Source: Dehalococcoidia bacterium
GTDB taxonomy: Bacteria > Chloroflexota > Dehalococcoidia > GIF9 > AB-539-J10
Direction: 5' to 3'
Assembly: GCA_023229725.1 (NCBI GenBank)
Contig: JALNYR010000002.1
Location: 1 to 51,753 of the forward strand
DNA: 51,753 nt
Shown here piece after piece: positions 17,482 through 25,397 of the stretch. The translations under genes and the position numbers were made by a program. Position 1 is the stretch's first letter. Every line of letters begins with the position of its first letter. Under the pieces are notes generated by a model, which saw only the letters and a program-made list of their open reading frames with translations, was not told where the DNA came from and did not search any database.

Positions 17482-17793
17482 ATGGTACAGCAGCAGCCAC
17501 CCGTGCCCGCGAGCCAGCACAAGAAGATACCGCTGGAGTTCCCCTCCCAGCTCAAGGGCGGCGCCTACGCCAACAACATGATGGTCGTCCACACCAAAGA
17601 GGAGTTCATCCTCGACTTCCTGATGGTGGGGCCGGGGGGCGGCGCGGTGACGTCGCGCGTCATCATGAGCCCCGGCCACATGAAACGGATGATTTCCGCG
17701 CTGCAGGAGAACATGCACCGGTACGAGCAGCGGTACGGCTCGCTTGCACCCGCTGAGGAGCCGAAGGGCCACATTGGATTCGTCAGGGAGTGA
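17482..17793 (+). CDS. DUF3467-like small protein
   Basis: ATG 17482 is preceded by CAGGAGGTCATC. The sequence ...GGAYANNMMVVHTKEEFILDFLMV...RVIMSPGHMKRMISALQENM... matches my recollection of DUF3467. The upstream part of ORF 17398.. is occupied by a REP-like hairpin. Confidence 0.7.
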   Translation: MVQQQPPVPASQHKKIPLEFPSQLKGGAYANNMMVVHTKEEFILDFLMVGPGGGAVTSRVIMSPGHMKRMISALQENMHRYEQRYGSLAPAEEPKGHIGFVRE

Positions 17794-17800
17794 CCGGCTG

Positions 17801-18185
17801 CAACGGTGGGCGTCTGACCGTCGGATGGCGGGCACGTGCAACGTGCCCCTACACCGGAATGCTGTGTTGCCGGTTCACCCGTGATTCAAGACGGCGGCCG
17901 GGCCGTTCACGAACGGCCCCTACGGAAGAGGCGAAGGTTGGGCGTTGGCAGCCACGGTACGCGTGCGGCGATCGGATAGCGGGAGGGTCTGAGACCCTCC
18001 CCTACAGGAGACAACACATTCACCCCACCAGGTCGGCGTGGCAAGCACCCGACACAGCAACGGTGTGCGCCGGCCGCAAGGGCGGGCATGCAAAGACCGG
18101 ATGACGGGAGGGTCTGAGACCCTCCCCTACAGGAGTCGATGAATGCGCGCCGCCAGGTCGGCGCGGCAAGCACCTCACAAAGGAA
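17801..18185 (+). repeat. cluster of four REP-like hairpins, including a ~125-bp imperfect direct duplication
   Basis: CTAC tails end at 17852, 17923, 18005 and 18130. The last two share the stem GGGAGGGTC/GACCCTCCC and the flanking sequence CAGGTCGGCG(T/C)GGCAAGCACC. Confidence 0.9.
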
Positions 18186-18203
18186 TGGTGTCTCCGCAAT
18201 CCG

Positions 18204-19382
18204 TCACGCGCTCTTCTTCCCTCCCTGCGTCGCACGATGGCCGCGCATGGCGCGACGGTACACCAGAATGGTGATGGCGGCGATGCCCGCCCAGACAGGG
18301 CTGAAGACGACCAGCCAGATGAGCAGGCCGGCCAGGCCGCGGCCAAGCGAGCCGAGCCCCCGGGCAGCATCCCTGAAGGCGCCTCCAGGACTCCAGACCC
18401 CACTGACCTGGATGTAGTAGTCGCGGTACTCCGTCTCCGACGCGCCCTTGTCATCCGTGACGGTCAGGCGCACGCCGTACAGGCCCTCGTCCCGGTAGAT
18501 GTAGGACGGGTTCGCCTCAGTGCTTGTGCCGCCGTCGCCGAAGTCCCATTCGTACGTGTACGGAGTGAACCCCCCCGACACCTCGGAGTCGAACATCACC
18601 GGTTTGCCCTCGTCCACCGCACGGCTTTCAGCGGCGAACGACACGGTCAGAATCGACTCTCTCAGGTACACCTCGATGAGCGACGAGGCTGACGTCTGTT
18701 CGAGGTAGCGGATGCGCCCCTCGAGCTGCTCTATTTCGCCGCGGACGCGCGACAGTTCGCGCTGCACTTCGAGCAACTCCTCGACCGAGCCCGCGCGCTC
18801 CAGGAGGGCAAGCAGTTTCGCCTCGGTGCTCTGCAGGTTGCGGCGCTGCGCCGTGAGGTCGACGTACTCCTCGGTGACATCGGTGCTGGACGTGGTCTCC
18901 CGGACCACCTCGACGGCGAGGCCGCGCAGCGCGGCGAGAGCGCTGTCAAACCGGTCGGCATCGACTCTGACGACAACCGTGCCGAACGTCCGCCCGTTGT
19001 CTTCGTAGAGAGAGGACGACACCACGTGCCCGTCGAACGTGGCGGCAAGACGGCCGATGTCCTGAGCCACCGCCGTCACATCGTCAACGACCAGCTCCAT
19101 GGAGCCGTTGCGCACCACCATGCGGTCCGGCGTGGAGACAGAGCCATCGGACGGCTTCGCAGGCGTCTGGCCGTCTCCCGTCGATGGAACGCCGGGGGCT
19201 ATGGTCGGCACCGGCGCACCGGGAGTGTAGCCGCTTTCCTCGTCACCCTCCGACCAGCCTCCCGGGTAGCCCGGGGCGACCTCGTTCGGCGAAGCGCAGC
19301 CCGCCGCGCCGACCGCGAGCACACCACCCAACACGATGCACAGGACAAGTCTCACAAACGTGCGACCTCTCAAGAGTCTCAT
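18204..19382 (-). CDS. lipoprotein with DUF4349-like coiled-coil domain, PKD domain and C-terminal TM segments
   Basis: ATG 19382 with GGGAGGAG upstream. Lipobox LAVGAAGC. Coiled coil ...QRRNLQSTEAKLLALLERAGSVEELLEVQRELSRVRGEIEQLEGRIRYLEQ. PKD signature YEWDFGDGGTSTEANPSYIYRDEGLYGVRLTVTDDKG. Terminal helices. Confidence 0.75.
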   Translation of the reverse strand: MRLLRGRTFVRLVLCIVLGGVLAVGAAGCASPNEVAPGYPGGWSEGDEESGYTPGAPVPTIAPGVPSTGDGQTPAKPSDGSVSTPDRMVVRNGSMELVVDDVTAVAQDIGRLAATFDGHVVSSSLYEDNGRTFGTVVVRVDADRFDSALAALRGLAVEVVRETTSSTDVTEEYVDLTAQRRNLQSTEAKLLALLERAGSVEELLEVQRELSRVRGEIEQLEGRIRYLEQTSASSLIEVYLRESILTVSFAAESRAVDEGKPVMFDSEVSGGFTPYTYEWDFGDGGTSTEANPSYIYRDEGLYGVRLTVTDDKGASETEYRDYYIQVSGVWSPGGAFRDAARGLGSLGRGLAGLLIWLVVFSPVWAGIAAITILVYRRAMRGHRATQGGKKSA

Positions 19383-19427
19383 TCGCGTCTCCTCCCTGGG
19401 CACAGGCTCAGCCCGGTGCCCTGACCG

Positions 19428-20183
19428 CTACTTCTCCGCAACCGCGATGAGCATGCCGCTCATCTCCTTGTCATATGGCTGGAACTCGTAGCTCCCGTAG
19501 AACGTGTACCGGTGGAAGCCCACCTTGCGCAGCGCCCCCTCGATGTCGTCGCGAAGGAACACCCGGTTGTAGCAGATGCTCCACACCTGCATGTCCTTCC
19601 GTGCCGGGTCATGGAACAGGTCAACCACGTTGAAGCGGGCGCCGGCGTCGAAGTAGTCGATGACGAACAGCCGCGTGAAATCCCCGCGGTTGACCTCGGG
19701 GATGAAGCGGGGCTTGTCCCGCCAGGTCCGGTCGCTCATGCCCGCGGTGAGCACGAGGATACCGCCGTCACGCAGGACACCTCTCATGCTCGCGAGGGCG
19801 CGGCGCAACTCGACCTCGTCCGGCATCTCGAAGAAGGCGGACGAGAGGCAGACAACCGCATCGAACTCCTTCGCGTACGTCAGCGGCAACTCGCGAAAGT
19901 CGGCCTGATCGAGGGGAACGCTCACATGGTGCGACGCCAGGTTGCGCTCGGCCTGCGCCAGCATCGCCGCGGAGATGTCCGAGCCGAACACCTCGCAGTC
20001 GAGTTGGTGGAAGAGGTAGAGGTCGCGACCCGTCCCGCAGGCACAATCGAGCACGCTGTGGACGTGGTGATGCGCGAACAGCGTGCGGAAGAACTCCGTC
20101 GTCTTCGGGTCGTGCTCGTCGAACGGCCCGAAGAACAGGTCGTACCGCTCGGCGAAGCTCTCGTACGGGTCGGTCATGCTCAT
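19428..20183 (-). CDS. class I SAM-dependent methyltransferase
   Basis: ...VLDCACGTGRDLYLF... (motif I) and ...AVVCLSSAFFEM.... Start taken at MSMTDPYESFAERYDLFF; the longer N-terminal extension is not credible. Confidence 0.8.
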   Translation of the reverse strand: MSMTDPYESFAERYDLFFGPFDEHDPKTTEFFRTLFAHHHVHSVLDCACGTGRDLYLFHQLDCEVFGSDISAAMLAQAERNLASHHVSVPLDQADFRELPLTYAKEFDAVVCLSSAFFEMPDEVELRRALASMRGVLRDGGILVLTAGMSDRTWRDKPRFIPEVNRGDFTRLFVIDYFDAGARFNVVDLFHDPARKDMQVWSICYNRVFLRDDIEGALRKVGFHRYTFYGSYEFQPYDKEMSGMLIAVAEK

Positions 20184-20265
20184 TGTGCCCCCAGCACCAG
20201 AAAATGTAGCAGAACGGCCGGCATTAGGCACGTACGACACGAAGACGGGCCCGCCGCAATTGGCG

Positions 20266-20613
20266 TCACGCCCCTTCGACCGGCACCTCACTCTCTCGTC
20301 GAGGCTTCCTGCGCACGGCCGCTGCCTGCTTCTTGAGCCGGCAGCTCTCGACCTGCCCGCACAACACAGAAAGGTCGATGCGCCGGTTCCGCACCATACG
20401 CCGATGGGTGACATTCTTCGTGTCCGCTGTCTCGACAAGCTCCGCGTGCAGGCGCCGGGTGCGCTCCAGGGCCACTTCCGCCTCCTTCAGCTTGCCGGCC
20501 CGGACGAGCCGGTCACAGAGAGCCTTCTCGACGGCAAAATCCTGGAGCACGTGCCTGAGCACGCGTGCTTCGTCACGTATCTCGTTCTGGTCCTGCGTTC
20601 GTGGTTCTGTCAT
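20266..20613 (-). CDS. hypothetical protein (helical, charged)
   Basis: A 115-aa ORF with GC3-rich codon usage similar to its neighbours. I recognised no family. The call is weak. Confidence 0.3.
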   Translation of the reverse strand: MTEPRTQDQNEIRDEARVLRHVLQDFAVEKALCDRLVRAGKLKEAEVALERTRRLHAELVETADTKNVTHRRMVRNRRIDLSVLCGQVESCRLKKQAAAVRRKPRRESEVPVEGA

Positions 20614-21039
20614 GGTGCATCATGTCTCCTGTTGTATTCACGCGCGACGGCGGTCGCAGAGGCGAGCCGCCAACCAGGGGCTCCTTCCGCCCCGATGCGA
20701 CTGAGACCGGGGGCCGCAATCACCCGTTCAGGGATGCAGAGTGCACCGAGGCGCGCGCGCAGCTATGGTCATGCCACGTCTGTACCGCACCAGCGATTTC
20801 CTGCGCATACGTCACCTTGCCCATCCGACGGGATGCCTCCGACGCCAGAGGGCCTTCCGCCGGCCGCCGCAGTGCGCGCGAGAGGACGAAGGTCTTCCGA
20901 CCGGACTTCCATGCGGTGCTGGAGCAGCCGAAGTGCTGCTGGTGCAGACCGCGGGGAGGAACAGCGTCATGGTACCAGCTTTCGCCGGGAACACCAAGAC
21001 CCGCAGCATCCAGCTACGCCGTACGGTTCGCGACATCGT

Positions 21040-21069
21040 TTGACAGTTGACAATGAATCACCTTAGAAT
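21040..21069 (+). promoter_or_regulatory. near-consensus sigma-70 promoter upstream of mgtE
   Basis: TTGACA (21040..21045), an 18-nt spacer, then TAGAAT (21064..21069). The predicted leader is about 200 nt. Confidence 0.6.
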
Positions 21070-21276
21070 TACGCATCCGGCGTTTGGGTCATACCACGCT
21101 GAGCCAGACCCTGACCCGGGACGGACGACTGCCCCCCCATCTCTGTAGACCGGTCACACGTGCAGTCGGGCGGAGTTCGGCCCCGCAGCTCAACGTGCCG
21201 TCGCCGGAGAGACACTCGCAGCTGACGTCACGACGTGCACCGCCGGTGGAAGCGTGCACAGGGAGGAGAGCACGCC

Positions 21277-22650
21277 ATGGCAACGATGACACCCGAACCA
21301 GCAAAGGAAACCTGTGGAGACACTGCCGAACTCGAGCGGCTCATCGGCCTGCGGGACTGGGAGAACGTGCTGAAGAAGCTGCATGACATCCGCACGGCGG
21401 AGGAGGCGGGACTCGTCTGCCTGCTCGACCGCGAACGGACGCTCGAACTGCTGGCCCAGCTGAGCGCTACCGACCTCGCCGAGATGATGGAGACGCTGCC
21501 GGATACCGACGTGTGCCGGTTCTGCGACGCTGTTGACGCGGACACCTTGGCGGACGTACTCGACCAGACCGCTCCCGAACGGGCCGCTCACGTGCTGCGG
21601 GGGCTGCCGGAAGCCAGGGCAAATGAGGTCATGGCCCACATGAAAGAGAGCGAGACCATCGTCCCTCTGCTCTCACACGAACGGGGCACGGCCGGCTACC
21701 ACATGTCACCGTCGTTCGTCTCTCTCGCCCCGGACATGACGTGCGACGAGGCGATTGCGGCTCTCCGGGCAGAGCGCCCCCGCCGCGACTCGGTCGACAA
21801 TCTGTACGTGGTGGACAAGCGCGGGAAGCTCCGGGGAGTGATGACGCTGCGGCAACTCGTCCTCGCGCGCAGCAGCGCGCGGCTGCGCAACTTGATGGAG
21901 AAGAAGGTTCTGACCGCGCGCGCGGACATGGACGAGCGCGAGTGCGTGCGATTGATGGAGGACAAGAACATATCGTCGCTGCCGGTGGTGGACAGGGACG
22001 GCCACATGCTCGGCGTCATCACGCCGCGACAGCTGCTCCACGTCACGCAGGAACAGGCCACCGCCGACATGTACCACATGGTCGGCGTCGATGAGTCGGA
22101 ACGACTCTTCAGCCCTCTCCCCGCATCTCTCGGCAAGAGGCTGCCGTGGCTGCTCGTGAGCCTCGGCTTCGCGTTCATCTCAGGGCTCGTGGTCCACGCA
22201 TTCAACGACACGATAGCCGTGTACGTGGCGCTCGCCGCCTATCTTCCGCTCATTTCGGCCGTAGGCACCAACACGGCCGTGCAGACAGCCACCGTCGTCG
22301 TGCGCAGCCTCGCCACCGGCGAACTGCGCCAGCCGTTGATACGGCGAGCGGTTGCGCGCGAGACCGCGCTTGGAGCCCTCAACGGAGCAGCAATCGCCTG
22401 CGCCTCAGGTTTCATCGCGTACGTCTGGATGCAGGACCTGTGGCTGGCTCAAGTCTTCGCAGTGGCGATGTTCATCACCGTCGGTCTGGGCGGTGTGCAG
22501 GGCATCACCCTTCCGCTCGTGCTGCGCCGCCTCAGGGCCGACCCCGCCCTCGGTTCGAGTGTGTTGCTCGCAACACTGACGGACATCACGGGGTTCGTCT
22601 TCTTCCTGGGCATTGCGACCGTGCTCTTGCGGACTTTCCCCGTGGCATGA
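21277..22650 (+). CDS. mgtE: magnesium transporter MgtE
   Basis: MgtE N-domain, a CBS pair (...YVVDKRGKLRGVMTLRQLV..., ...LPVVDRDGHMLGVITPRQLL...) and a C-terminal 5-TM MgtE domain (...LPLISAVGTNTAVQTATVVVRSLATGE...LATLTDITGFVFFLG...). ATG 21277 is preceded by GGGAGGAG. Confidence 0.92.
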   Translation: MATMTPEPAKETCGDTAELERLIGLRDWENVLKKLHDIRTAEEAGLVCLLDRERTLELLAQLSATDLAEMMETLPDTDVCRFCDAVDADTLADVLDQTAPERAAHVLRGLPEARANEVMAHMKESETIVPLLSHERGTAGYHMSPSFVSLAPDMTCDEAIAALRAERPRRDSVDNLYVVDKRGKLRGVMTLRQLVLARSSARLRNLMEKKVLTARADMDERECVRLMEDKNISSLPVVDRDGHMLGVITPRQLLHVTQEQATADMYHMVGVDESERLFSPLPASLGKRLPWLLVSLGFAFISGLVVHAFNDTIAVYVALAAYLPLISAVGTNTAVQTATVVVRSLATGELRQPLIRRAVARETALGALNGAAIACASGFIAYVWMQDLWLAQVFAVAMFITVGLGGVQGITLPLVLRRLRADPALGSSVLLATLTDITGFVFFLGIATVLLRTFPVA

Positions 22651-22682
22651 CAATAATCTCTTGCGTCCGTTCGTGCACTGAT

Positions 22683-22711
22683 TTGACAACTCATGTGAAG
22701 AAGTCTAACAT
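22683..22711 (+). promoter_or_regulatory. sigma-70-like promoter in the mgtE-rpoD intergenic region
   Basis: TTGACA (22683..22688), a 17-nt spacer, then TAACAT (22706..22711). Confidence 0.5.
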
Positions 22712-22860
22712 GCTCTCTGCCAGCAGAAATGCTGTGGGAAGCGCGAGAGATGAGACCGGTAACAAGGCAACTTTGCGCGTGTAGAGACCAGCGAACCGCA
22801 ACTACGCCGTTCGGAGGCGCAGACGGGGCGTGAGGAGTAGCGTTGACCACACGTCGTGGG

Positions 22861-22898
22861 GCGGACTCCTCGGTTCCCGGGGGGTCCGCAGTCTTTTT
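22861..22898 (+). terminator. intrinsic terminator-like hairpin with a T5 run, about 70 nt upstream of rpoD
   Basis: GCGGACTCC-tcggttcccgg-GGGGTCCGC (one G-U pair), then AGTCTTTTT. Confidence 0.6.
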
Positions 22899-22970
22899 CA
22901 CGACGAAAGTGTCACAAGGACCTAACCTCCGACCGTGCTTCCACGTTATAAGGAAGGAGGAGCAGTGAAG

Positions 22971-24404
22971 ATGGAAAACGTAACCAGGATCGAGACCGAT
23001 ACCGAACTCGAACCTGTCGATGAAGCTCTGACACCCGACGAGGAAGTCGAGGCAGTCGAGCATGTCGCCGCAGCCGAGATGGACGACGATGAGTTCTCCG
23101 CGATGGTTGGCCCGCGGGACTATGACTCGTCCGCGGACATCGAGCAGATGTGGATGCGGGAGATAGGCAGCGTGCCCCTGCTCAGCAACAAGGCAGTGGT
23201 GGACCTGGCGAGGACGGTGGAGGAGGGCGAGGTCCTCAACGAGATAGAGGGCGCCTTCCAGGCTGAGAAGGGTATGGCTCCCGACAGCCCGCACCTCGTG
23301 CTCGAGATGCTGCGCCGGCTCATCGAACTCGACCGGGTGGTGTCCGTGATGGCCCTGCACTCGGGCGTCTCGCCCAAGAAGGGGCTGCTTGCCACGATAA
23401 CCGACCCGGGCTTCCGCGCCCTGAGCGACGGCATCTACAGCAGGGAACTGCTGGACGATGTCATGCCGGTGGCCGACGGCAAGGCCGCCCTGGAGCACGC
23501 GGTGAGGGAACTCTCCGTTGCCCCGCGGCTGCTGCCGCACGAGGTCATCGAGCTTGCCGGGGCCACGAAGAAGGCGTCCGACCTCGCGGGGGTGATTGCG
23601 CTCGACAGCTTCCAGGTCGGTCTCTACGACATGGAGGCCGGGCTCGACAGGCATTTCCGCGGCATCAAGGCTCAGGCCAAGTCCTCACGCGACCAGCTTG
23701 TCCAGGCGAACATGCGGCTCGTCGTCAGCGTCGCGAAGAGGCACCTGAACTGGGGCCTGCCGCTTCTTGACCTGGTACAGGAAGGCGCCGTGGGCCTGAT
23801 GAGGGCGGTTGAGAAGTTCGAATACCGGAAGGGCTACCGCTTCAGCACGTACGCCACGTGGTGGATCATGCAGGCAGTGAGGCGGGCGGTGGACGAGCAG
23901 GGGCGGATGATACGCATCCCGGTCCACATGGCCGAGAAGATGCACAAGCTGAACCGGACGCGCCGCGACCTGACGATGTCGAGCGGACGCCAGGCGACCA
24001 CCGATGAGCTGGGCGAGGCGATGGAGTCATCGCGGGAGTTCGTCGAGATGCTCGACGACCTGCAGCACATCCAGCCGCTCTCGCTCGATCTGCCGGTGGG
24101 CGAAGACGGCGACACGTCACTCGGCGACCTGGTGGAGGATGAATCCTCCCCCGCGCCGGAGGAGATTGCCTCGAGCAGCGTGCTGCGCGACCAGATTCGC
24201 GAAATGCTGAAGGAGTTGCCCGACCGCGAGCGGAAGATTATCGAGCTGCGCTTTGGACTCGTCGATGGCCGCGAGTGGACGCTGGAAGAGGTCGGCCGGA
24301 CGATGAACCTGACGCGCGAGCGCATTCGACAGCTGGAGAAGGGCGCGCTGCGCAAGCTGCGCAAGCCCAGTAGGGCCCGCCGGCTCGTGGGAGCGCTCGA
24401 CTAG
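22971..24404 (+). CDS. rpoD: primary RNA polymerase sigma-70 factor (RpoD/SigA)
   Basis: Acidic N-terminus. Region 2 DLVQEGAVGLMRAVEKFEYRKGYRFSTYATWWIMQAVRRAV. Region 3. Region 4 TLEEVGRTMNLTRERIRQLEKGALRKLR. ATG 22971 follows AGGAGGAGCAGTGAAG. Confidence 0.92.
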   Translation: MENVTRIETDTELEPVDEALTPDEEVEAVEHVAAAEMDDDEFSAMVGPRDYDSSADIEQMWMREIGSVPLLSNKAVVDLARTVEEGEVLNEIEGAFQAEKGMAPDSPHLVLEMLRRLIELDRVVSVMALHSGVSPKKGLLATITDPGFRALSDGIYSRELLDDVMPVADGKAALEHAVRELSVAPRLLPHEVIELAGATKKASDLAGVIALDSFQVGLYDMEAGLDRHFRGIKAQAKSSRDQLVQANMRLVVSVAKRHLNWGLPLLDLVQEGAVGLMRAVEKFEYRKGYRFSTYATWWIMQAVRRAVDEQGRMIRIPVHMAEKMHKLNRTRRDLTMSSGRQATTDELGEAMESSREFVEMLDDLQHIQPLSLDLPVGEDGDTSLGDLVEDESSPAPEEIASSSVLRDQIREMLKELPDRERKIIELRFGLVDGREWTLEEVGRTMNLTRERIRQLEKGALRKLRKPSRARRLVGALD

Positions 24405-24430
24405 GACTGCCGGTTCACAGCGGATTTCGA

Positions 24431-24460
24431 AGAAGGCGGCTGAACAGCCGCCTTCTTTCT
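24431..24460 (+). terminator. intrinsic terminator after rpoD
   Basis: AGAAGGCGGC-tgaaca-GCCGCCTTCT followed by TTCTGTCTG, between the convergent rpoD and tatD-like genes. Confidence 0.8.
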
Positions 24461-24491
24461 GTCTGCAACCGGAGAGGGACAACGACCACGC

Positions 24492-25310
24492 TCAGGTCCG
24501 CCGTTCCCCGGTGAGCGCTTGCGTGAGCCTGTCGAGTCGAGCGTCACCGCGCGTCAGGTCGAGCAGGTTCCGCCGCACGCACTCAGCCATGTCCGCCTCG
24601 TCCATACCGTGGGTGACGGCAAGCGCCTGCAGCACGGTCGGCACGAGGTCCGGCATGGCCGGTTCGCCGAAGACCCACTGCGGCCCGCCCGGATTGTCCG
24701 TTTCGGTGAGGAGTTGAGCAACGGGTACTTCGCCGGCTATCGACTGGATGAAGCCCGACGACAGCAGCTCGCAGCCGAAGGTGAAGTGGTAGCCGCGGGC
24801 GACCAGCCGTTTGAGCGGCTCGGGAGGCCCCGAGTACCAGTGGATGATGGCGCGCCGGATGGCGTACCGTTCCAGCAACTCCAGCACCTCGGCCTCGGCG
24901 CCGGAGGTATGCAGGTTGACAACCTTGTCCTGCTCCTTCGCGGCGGAGAGGAAGAACTCCAGCACGCGCAACTGCGAGTCGTAGAGTGAGGCGTCGCGCA
25001 CGTTCCGGAAATCGAGCCCTATCTCCCCGAACATGGGGCTGCCTTCGAGGTCGGATTCAAGGTCGTCCAGCTGTGTCACAAAGTACGGTGCATTCCACGG
25101 ATGGATGCCCAGCGTCGCCAGCACCCACCGGGAGCGCTCCTGTATCTTGAGCGTGTGTTCGTACGCCTGCGGCGCCATCGCGGTGCTGATGGTCGCGATG
25201 CGCAGCTCGTCGAGTTGGTCGAACACGACGCCGAGCCACGTGTCCGGGTACTCGTCGAGGTGAGCATGAGCGTCGACGTAGACGGCTGGAGGAACGGAGG
25301 GCTCGTCCAT
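24492..25310 (-). CDS. TatD-family metal-dependent hydrolase
   Basis: YVDAHAHLDEY..., ...GEIGLDF..., ...VVNLHTSGA..., ...IHWYSG..., ...TETDNP... are the TatD motifs. Confidence 0.85.
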   Translation of the reverse strand: MDEPSVPPAVYVDAHAHLDEYPDTWLGVVFDQLDELRIATISTAMAPQAYEHTLKIQERSRWVLATLGIHPWNAPYFVTQLDDLESDLEGSPMFGEIGLDFRNVRDASLYDSQLRVLEFFLSAAKEQDKVVNLHTSGAEAEVLELLERYAIRRAIIHWYSGPPEPLKRLVARGYHFTFGCELLSSGFIQSIAGEVPVAQLLTETDNPGGPQWVFGEPAMPDLVPTVLQALAVTHGMDEADMAECVRRNLLDLTRGDARLDRLTQALTGERRT

Positions 25311-25397
25311 GGCGCATACATTGTGTTCGCGGCACAGCGGCGCGTCAAGCCGCCTCGCGTTCCGGTGTTGCCTTCGGCGAGGTTGTCCGCGGGGTAG

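Noticed and set aside
20880-20960. An RNase P RNA or SRP RNA on the minus strand, prompted by GGAAGUCCGG, which resembles the RNase P P4 strand GGAAAGUCCGG and the SRP motif GUCCGGAAGGAAGCAGC.
   Set aside because: None of the other universally conserved blocks is present (for RNase P, AGGGUGAAAGGGUGCGGUAAGAGCGCACC and ACAGAACCCGGCUUA; for SRP, GGAAGCAGCC). The match is a short chance similarity.
21070-21276. An M-box (ykoK) Mg2+ riboswitch upstream of mgtE.
   Set aside because: I expected it from context, but I could not find the conserved M-box sequence blocks in order. I therefore reported it only as an unexplained long leader. An Infernal scan is needed.
22855-22900. A tRNA or tRNA-like T-arm (GGTTCCCGG).
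   Set aside because: There is no acceptor, D or anticodon arm, and the stem geometry is wrong for a T-arm. The structure is better read as a terminator hairpin followed by T5.
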